Positions 45,701 through 54,700 of a stretch of 59,454 nucleotides of DNA are shown piece by piece. The translations under genes and the position numbers were made by a program. Numbering within the stretch: position 1 is the first letter of the stretch; the number at the start of each line of letters is the position of its first letter. A model generated the notes under the pieces. The model worked only from the letters and a program-made list of their open reading frames with translations, was not told the DNA's origin and did no database searches. The DNA is taken from IMG/VR virus record IMGVR_UViG_3300045256_000151, positions 1 to 59,454 of that record; one strand, written 5' to 3'. Source of the DNA: a virus (Duplodnaviria; Caudoviricetes).

Positions 45701-48700
45701 CCCTTCAGGGTCTTGGGCGTGACGGTGATGCCGACGCTTTTCAGGAACTCGTCGGCCGCCGGCATCGGCTGCGCTGTCGGCTCAGACGGCGCGGCCTTGG
45801 CGTCGCGGCCCATCGCATCAAGCGCCTTGGTTTCGGGCGTGACCCAATCGCGCCGGCTCTGGTTGGCGTACACGCGCAGCGTCGACCAGGTTTCCGGCGC
45901 GTCCAGGTCCGCCGGACCAGACACGAAGAAACCGGCATCCTTGTTCCACCCAACTTTGATCGACCTGCCGCGGTAGCGATTGTTCAGCGTGCGCTGAAGC
46001 TCTGCGGCGGCCTGCATGATCGGGCTGGGCTTGTCGCCGCTCGGAGCGGCCGGGGCCTGCTTCTGGTCATACACCGCGAGCGGGTTGGTCAGGCCCTTCT
46101 TGTCCAGCCAAAACTCGGCCTGCTGGCGCAAACGGTCGTCGTCCTGTTCCTCGAGAGCCCCGCGCAGGTCGGCGTCGTCCCGGGCTTGGCGCTCGGTCTG
46201 CGCGTTGATCGCCTCGGCGTGGGTCTTGTAGGTCGTGCCCACATAGACACCTTCCCGCGACTGCACAAAGCCGACTGATCGACGCTCGCCGGTGTGGCGG
46301 ACGCCGACCGGGAACCCGTTGGCGCGATACCACTTTCCGTCGGTTCCCTGAAGCTCGAACACCTCGACAACCGGCAGGGTCGGCTGCTGAGCCGCCTTGA
46401 CGATCGCGTCAATGGCCGCGCGCCGAACGGGCGGCGGGTAGATGCTCAGGGGGCGATCGACTGCGGCCGCGGGCTGCTGAGATGCGTTTTCGGATGGCGC
46501 CGGTTGCGCATCAATCGGCGCCAACTGAGCCGACTCGCGTTGCGCAAGCACGCGATTGATAACCGCCTCGGCCTCAACGCCGCCCACCTGACGCTTCAGA
46601 TATTCGTAGATCCGCCACGGTCCACGGAACGCGATGGCGTCGGCGATTTCCTGGCGAATCGTGTCGCTGTTGGGATGCCCAATCTGGCGCGCGATTTCCC
46701 GCGCGTCGGTCACGCGCAGGCCCTCGCTGCCAGTCACAATGCTGGGATCAGCGTTGGCGGCCTTTGCGGCCCGCTCTGCCGATTCCATCGACGTGTATCC
46801 GCCCTGCTTCTTTCCGGTCAGGTGGTCGCGGATGACGTAGGGAGAACCAGCCGACGTGTCATTGCCTTCGGCAGTAAACCGTTCCTGAACGACCGACGGC
46901 CCGCCGCTCGGCCCACCAACGCCCTTGGGGTTCTCGGGCACGGTGTTGATGAACGACCCGCCCGGGTAGAACTCGCCGTTGGGCCCGTACTCGCCGCCCT
47001 CTTTGGCGCGACGCTGGCCAATCGAGTTTTCACCGCTCCGGCCCTTGTTGACCGGCACGGGCGCACGCAGCGCCTCGTCCACCTGTTCACGCGAAACGGC
47101 GTTGTACCCAGTGCCAGGCTCGTAGGCAGCGCCGCCAGCCTGGCGAGCCCGGTTGATGCGGTCGAGCGTGATCCAGCGCGCCAACGCCTCGCTCTTGGTG
47201 TCAACGGGATCGGGGAAGCTGTCGGTGAACCAGCCGCGCTTGCCCTTGCGGACATGAGGCACAGCAGCGTCAATCTCGGCCCGCGTGGTGCCGACAGTAT
47301 TTGGGTCAACAGCCACGAGCTTGGGCAAGGTTTCCGGGTAGTCCTTCAGCACCTCCTTGGGCACGTCCAGGCCCCGCGCTTTGGCGGCCTTCACCATGTC
47401 CCGGTGATATTCCTCGTAGGCAGCGTTGGGCGCCGCGGCGGTCCCGTCATCCTCGTTCTGGCCCAGGCTGCGGCGGTGCCGACGCTGCATCGCCACCCAT
47501 TCGGCCTTGGTGATCTGCCAGGGCTGGAAACCGGCGGCCTCAAAGTCGTCCAGGCTCATCGACGCCGGGCCGGCCGTGACATCCGCCTTGAGTTTGCTGG
47601 AACCGAACAACCCGCCGGTTTCGCGGTCCTTAAAGGCTTCGCTGGGCTCAGCCACGCGCTGGGATTCGGCACGCTGAATCGGCGATGCCACGTCGGGCCG
47701 AGTCTCGAACAGAGCCGGCTGGCCCCCGGTGATGCCGCCGCTGTACCGATCGCCCAGAAGGCCGAGCTGCTGCCCGGGGAAGCCGGTTTCGGCGGGCTTG
47801 ATGATCGGCCGCTGCGGCGCAGTTTCCGGGTTGGGCGCCTCAACCGGCGTTTCCTGCTCCCGATCGGGCGCGTTGATCCGATCGGCCGCCTTGGTCGGCT
47901 GGCCGATGTGGAAGATCCGCCGCAGTTCAGCGATGATCTTGGGCTGCGTCAGCACTTCCTGCTGAGGCCCGGCGCGGCCGATGTAGAGCTTGCGGCCGCG
48001 GATTTCGCCGAAGTCGTTGCCACTAGTTCCGCCAAGCGAGCGCCGAACGGCCTTGGCAATGTCCGCGTCGGTGGCGCCGTTCTTGGCCAGCTTGAACAGT
48101 CTATCGGTTTCGCCCTGAAAGCTGGTTGCCACCAGAATCGCCCGATCGCGCTGCGGCAGGGCATGGCGGAACACCGCCAACTGCGTCGGCGTGATGGGCC
48201 CGGTGGCTTCCCACAGGCCATCAAAGTACCCGCTCATGTAGTCGTCGCGCACAGCCTCGTTGGGCGGCTGCGGATCAAGACCGTCGATCGAATCGCCCTG
48301 GCCCATCAGGTAGGCGTGATCGGACGCCGGCGTGTTGGGGTCTTCGGGGTCGGACAGGGAGCGGGTGGGGTTGGTCACGGCGCCCAAGCGGTCGCCGGGC
48401 ATTGCCTCAACCGATTTGGCGGGCTCGCCATCCGGGCGCGGTTCGGCCAGCGCCACCCGCACACCGGCGGCGATGATCTTGCGCAACGCCAGCTCGATGC
48501 CGTCAACCGGCACGCGGACCACACCGTCCTTGATCGGCATGCCGGTCTTGGCGTTGACCGTCTTGGCGTCCTCGCCACGCAGCTCGTAGTGATCGCCGTT
48601 GCGGAACGCAACGACAACGCCCGGGTATTTGTCGCGGAACGACTGCTTGGGCGGCTGAGCGGGCTTGCCCGGCGCGTCGAACAGCGCGCCAGACCCAGCC

Positions 48701-51700
48701 GCTGGTCCGGTCAGTGCAAACGTGCCGCCGGCCGCCTGGCCCGACTTGATCGGCCGCTCCAGTTCCGGCTTTGCGCCCGGAACCATGCTGCCCTTGGCGC
48801 CGGCCGCAAACAACCCGCCCTGCATGCTCGGGGCGGGCTGATCGTCGTCTTTGTCGAACAGGCTGCGCCCGAACAGCGGTTGGCCCTTCAGCACGGAATC
48901 ACGCATCGCGTCCGTGATCGGGAGAAGGTGAGCGGGCTCACTGGCTTCGCCCTTCTGGCGGCTTGGATCGCCACTCGGGTGATCCGTTTGCCCGGTCATC
49001 ACCTCGCCCAGCGTCGGCTCCGCACCCCACCCCTTGGCGTACTTCCGCGCGTAGTTGGGCAGGTCGCGGTCGTAAAACGACTGCATCCCCCCACCGCCGA
49101 TGCGGATGTCGCCGCCGGCAACACTCCCATTCTCGTTGTCGTTGATCTTGCGGGCAAGGTCAGCGCCAACAACTTCCCTCAGTTCCTTTCCGCCCAGATC
49201 CCCAGCGTACTGCCCCATGGCGTTGAACACTTTGCCGTCTTTGATCTCAAAGTCCACGCCATCATTTCTGCTGGTGGCGATGTAGACCTTCTTCACCCCA
49301 CCGTCCAGCCGTTCCCATTCGATTTTCTCGACGGCGTTTCCAAGTTCGTACCGAGCAATCTGCGTGCGTCCGGTCGTCCACCCCAGCGCGTCGTATCCGC
49401 CTTCGGCGGCCAGGCGGATAGCGCGGCGCAAGGCCATTTCATGCCAGTTCTTGGACCAGGGTGCGGCAGGCACTCCCCTTTCCGCCTTTGTCAAAGCGGC
49501 GTGCAACCGATCGCGTTCCGCCGTCAACGGGATAGCCGCCGGATCATCAAGCGACAGGACGTTGAGCTGGCGACGCGCGTTGTCAAGCTGGCTCTGAAGC
49601 CGCGCAGCTTCTGCCGGATCGGAATACCCCCGATCACGCCCCGCCTCATGCCAATCGCTCTGCACTTCCTCGAGGAACAACACGCGCCGGTTGTCGGGGG
49701 TGATCCGGTCCTTGATCCGCAGATGCGCGATGATGTTCAACTCGGCAAAGTGGCCGCTTTTGAACGTGCGAGAATCAACCGCATCGCGCCGAGCCTGCTC
49801 GGCCTTTGCGTAAGCGTCGTCGTTGAGTCGGGCAATGGCTTCGGACTTTGCACGCTCTGGCGAGATCCACGAACCAGCGAACGGTCGAGCGTGCGTCTGT
49901 CCTGGTGGCGTGACTCCCCATCGGGCGTGCGCCGGCTTGCTGCTGTCCTCGATCAGTTCGTAGCCAGGCGGCAATTCCGTCAACGCCTTGGGATACTGAA
50001 CAGGGATGTTTGGCGGCGGCAGCGTCAGCAGCACCTCGCGGTAGCTAGAACCGCCGGGCAGGGTGAACTGCTCAAACTTCGGCGCGTCGTTTGGTTCGTC
50101 GGTCAACAGCAGGCGCTCGGCCGCAGCGCTCGTTTCGATCGCCTCGCGCATTGCTGCAAACAGACCGCGTCGCTCCATCTCTGTGTAAACATCTTCTGCA
50201 TAGGGGCGGCGCATGGCCTCAATCGCGCCCTCGATAGCACTGTGCTTGCGCTCGTCTGGAGCATTTGGGTGTAGAGCTAGATACCGAGCAGTCTTGGAGA
50301 TCTGCCAATCCAGTTCGTTATCCGCCGTTTCCCGAGCGTCAAACTGGTTGAGGATTCGGCGTGCCTTTTGCGTTGCAGCATCCCTCTTTTGCACCAGATC
50401 AGCCAGGTCGGCGTTGTTGGAATCGCCTCCAAGCGTTGTTTCTTTCAGCACCACCCGGTTCGCGTCCAGGTACGTCTTCACGTCCGCCGGCGTGACCTTC
50501 TCGCCCTTCTTGTCAGCAAGCCACTGATCCAGGCCAGTCCACTTGATTTCGTCGGCCGGCAAACCGGCGTTCTTGAGTGCAAGCCGGATCTGGCCGGCGG
50601 GCATCGGGCCGCGGAGCTTGTCATTGACCCAGGCTTCCAGCCGGGACGTAAAGCCCAGTTCGTCCTGGTTCACCTTGTCCAGCGCGCGCCCAAACAGGAT
50701 GTTCTTGCTGTCGCGCCGGTAGGTGCCGGCGTTGCCGATGGCCGACTTGACCTGCTCGGAGCGGAACACCACCACGTTGCGGCTGGTTTCCTCGCCCATC
50801 CGGCTGGAGTAGACGATGCCGTCATACCCGGCCGCGCGGATCGCCTCGTTGGTTGCCTCAACCGAGCCCAGGGCGCTGCGCAAATACCGCGCTGGCGCCG
50901 ACGCCAGCGTTTTGTTCTCGAACGAATCGGGATCGTTCAGGTTGGCAACGCGCGGATTGTCCGCCGGCAGCACCCTTTCCAGCATCCCACGCACCGCGGC
51001 GGGGTCGTCCACCAGCATCGGGTTCTGCACGCTCAGATACACCGGCATCACCGACGCAGATCCGCCACGTTCGGGCTCGGCATACCCACGCAGTTCGGCC
51101 GGGCCGTCGGCAGTTTGCACCGTGCCGCCGCCCGCCACCACCGGCGAATCGGTGAAGTAGAACCCGGGCCCGTGCCGCAGGTTCACGCCCATCTTGTCGT
51201 CGCGGAACTCGTTGAACCCGCCGCTCTGCGTGCCGTGGTACATGACCAGCGGCTTGCCCTCGTCGTCAACGATTTTGGAGTCGCCAAACCAGTCGCGGAA
51301 CGCCTGGCTGTCGGGCGCCAGCGGCCGACCGAACAAGAACCCCGTGTTCTTCTCGGCCTCGCGCGACTTGCGGCGCAGCAAATAGTCCTCGGCGCTCTCC
51401 CCGGGCCGGCGGGGCTCGTCGGCATCCAGACGCAGGTTGGCCACGTCCTTGTGGTCGCGCAGCCGCCGCTGCTGCTCGAGGGCGTCTTCTTGGGCTTTCA
51501 GCCGGCGGGCCTCATTGAGCTTGTCGCGCTCGCGCCGGGCAAACTCCATGCTTTCGTATGGCCGCGACGCCGGCGCGCCCGATGACACCTCGAACAACTC
51601 AAACCGCGGGCCGTTGGGCGTCGAAATGTGCCGCACCGACACCAGGGGAATATCCGGTTGCCCGTCGTCGCCGAACAACGACCGGCCCGTCAGTTTGGCA

Positions 51701-54700
51701 TCGCCGCCAACGCTGTAGAACCGCGCCAGCTCATCGACCGCAGAGTCCTGGCCGCCATCAAGGGACGTGTGCAGCGTGTGCCCCCACGGCCGCATGTCAC
51801 GCGCAAACGACGTGACGCGCCAGGGGTACTTCTCGCGCGTGGCGTTGTCTGGGTTGCGGTGAATGACCGACACGCGGCCGTCGGGGTGCGGGATCTGCCC
51901 GCCATCGGGGCCCAGCCGCGAACGCACAAAGTCGCGCCGTTCCTGAAGACGACGCCGGTTGTCGCGCACCTCGTCCGCCCACGCTTTGCGGTCGGGCGAG
52001 CCCTTGGTGGCCATGTCGACGGGCTGATCGGGCCGGCTGAACAGGCCGCCCACGTCGCCGCGCATGGCGTCGTCAAACGCCTCGCCCGCGCTGGGCGGGC
52101 GGCCGAGCTTCATACTGACCTGCCCGGCCTGGGCTTCCACAACCGCGTCCGCCACGCGGTTCATGGTTTCGGCAAACTCGGTCGGCTTGGCCCCGTCCAG
52201 GGCCTTCGCCAAGGCCACGGCGCGGGGGTCGGCCAAAGCCCCCTCGGGAGCCAGCGTTTCGGCCATCAACTCGTCGACCGTCTTGGCGCCCATCGCGCGC
52301 CGCTTGGCCATGACCTCCATCGCACCCGTCAGCGTGGCGTCAAAGCTCACATCGCTGTCGGCCTTGCTCATGGCCTTGCGCAGTCGGATCATCGGCGCCG
52401 CCGCCCGGATCAGCAGTTGCCGAGTCGACGGCGTGGCCTCCGACAACGCCGCCACGTCGGGCAGGATCGAGCCCAGCAACGACCGCTCAATGACCAGCTT
52501 GCCCTCACGGTTGAGCGATCCGCCCTCCATGTAGGCGGCCAGGTCCGCCTTGCTCCACGCGCCGCTTTGGACCAGGGCGGCCACCACCTTGGCCGACGTG
52601 GCATCGCTTGCCAACGCCTCGCTGAGCGTGCGGTCTTCGATTGCGGCGGTGATGAGACTGGCGGTGTCGGAGTCAATCAGCTTGCCGCGGCTGATAGCGT
52701 CGGCCACCGCGGTGCGCCCGGCGGTGTGCGACTGGTTCAGAATCCGACTCATTTCGCCGGGACCGCCGGCGTCGGATTCGGACAACGCCCGGACGATCAC
52801 CGGCTGGCGGAACTCCATCGCCTTGGCCACGTCGATGCCGAACCTGGGGGCGGCCTCAAGCATGGCGGCGCGGTACTTCTCCGCCGAACTGGGGATCTGG
52901 TCGTAGGCCAGTTGCATGGCCATCGTGCGGGCGTTGCCGCCCAGCACGCGGCCCTTGTGGTCGACGATGGGGGGCCCGTCGGTGGCCGTGGGCGTGTCGG
53001 TCAGGATCAGGTGGGGCTTGGGGTTCTCGGCAATCCGAGTCACCGCGTCCCGGCTTGGACCGCCCTGTTCACGGTCCTCATACGGCCGCTCGTTGGCGTC
53101 GCCGGCGGGGTTCTTGCGGAAGAACCGCCGAGCGTCGTGGCTGGGGGTCAGCTCGGACGCCTCGACCATGCGGTACTGAACGGGCAGAGAACGCCCGTCG
53201 GGCAGCTCCAGCATGGCCGTCCGCCCGTTCTCCACCCGCGTCATGGGCTCGGGGTCGGGCCGCTGCGTCTGTTGCTGCACCAGGGCCGCGGGCCGCTCGG
53301 TCGGCAGGGGCGGGGGCGCGGGGGCCGGCGCGGCCTTGGGCGGCGCGTTCTCGGCGGGCTTGTAGGCTTTCCCGGTGCGATCAATCGTCCACCCCTGCGG
53401 CTCCAGCACCTCGCGCGCCTCGCGCGGGGTGGGCGCGGTGGCGTGAACGCGCGATCGGGCGCCGGGCTGGGGAACCCACTCGTTGCCCTGGCGAACCACG
53501 GCGCGAACCGTGACCGACCAGGGCTGGCCGTCCTCGGCCGGCGTGAACGATTCAACCAGATCGGCGTTGCCCGACCTGACGACCACCGTGCCTGGTCGGT
53601 AGAACGCCGCGGCCACCTCGTCGTTGGTGGCGAGCTTTCCGCGGGCGGGGCTGGTCGGTTCGGACGCGACGGCCGGCGTTGACGGCCGCTCGACGGCCTT
53701 GGCCGGGGGCTCGGGGGCGCTCTGGGCCGGCTTGGGCTTGGTGGCCCGCGACTTCTTGGCCGCCGATTCCTCCGGCTGCACCTTGGCCATGCGCATGGCC
53801 TCGAAGATCGGCCGAAGGCTGTCGGGCACAAAGCCCAGGGACTCAGCCAACCGCTTCAACGCCCGCTTGAACTGCTGGAACAGCCGCGCCATCAGACCGC
53901 GCACGGCCGGGTCTTTGGACGCATGCCCCAAAACGTGCATGACGAACTTGTGCGCCGCCCATTCGTCGAAGCTGGATGCCGCGTACTTGGCCGCCTCTGG
54001 GTCGAACCCGTCGGCTTCAAACTCCTTCTCCCACCCGCCGATTCCGGCCGCGTATGCCTTGCGCAACTGCTCGGTCTGGGCCTTGTTGGGCACCACGCGC
54101 ACCATGATGTGCCCGATTTCCTGCAACGCCACGGCCGCGGGCATCTGATCGACGCCAACGGCATGGCCTCGAGCCATCATCGACGCGATGGTCTGCGCAA
54201 GACCGCGCTTCACCTTGGCCAGCGCGATGTCCGTATTGCGAGTGGGGGCCCGCTTGCCATCCAGCGTTGTGGCCTGCCCCGTGTGCCCGCCGGGGATCAT
54301 CGCCGACAGCAGGTTGATCCGCCCAAGCAAAAAATCATCGTCCATGTCCTCGGTCGTCGCCCGGATCAGGGCGGCCGAATCATGGTCGAGGGTGCCGTCG
54401 GCCACCATCGCGTCGATCTGGTTGCTGATCTTGACGTGACCGGGCCCGGCGGCCTCAAAGCGCTGCCTGATCGCCTGGTGTTCGGCCGGCGTAGACTGGT
54501 CCAGAGAAGACCCTTGGGCCGCCCGCTCCCCCAATCCGCGTTCACCACCCGCCAGCGGTTCACCAACCTGCTGGGGTGCTGGCTCGGACGGCTGGCCCAG
54601 ACCGCCGTCAATCTTGGCTGGCCCGTTGCCGTTGACCAGCGGACCAGGCTCGGTCGTCTGTGGGGCGTTGTCGTTGTTCCCCGCCGCGGCGGTCTGTTCC

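Noticed and set aside
46294-50274. Long plus-strand ORFs (1326 aa here; also 4344-6596, 7707-10538, 13731-16535, 18805-21117, 56814-59132)
   Set aside because: Antisense shadows of motif-bearing minus-strand genes in GC-rich DNA; Arg/Gly/Ala-rich with no recognisable motifs.
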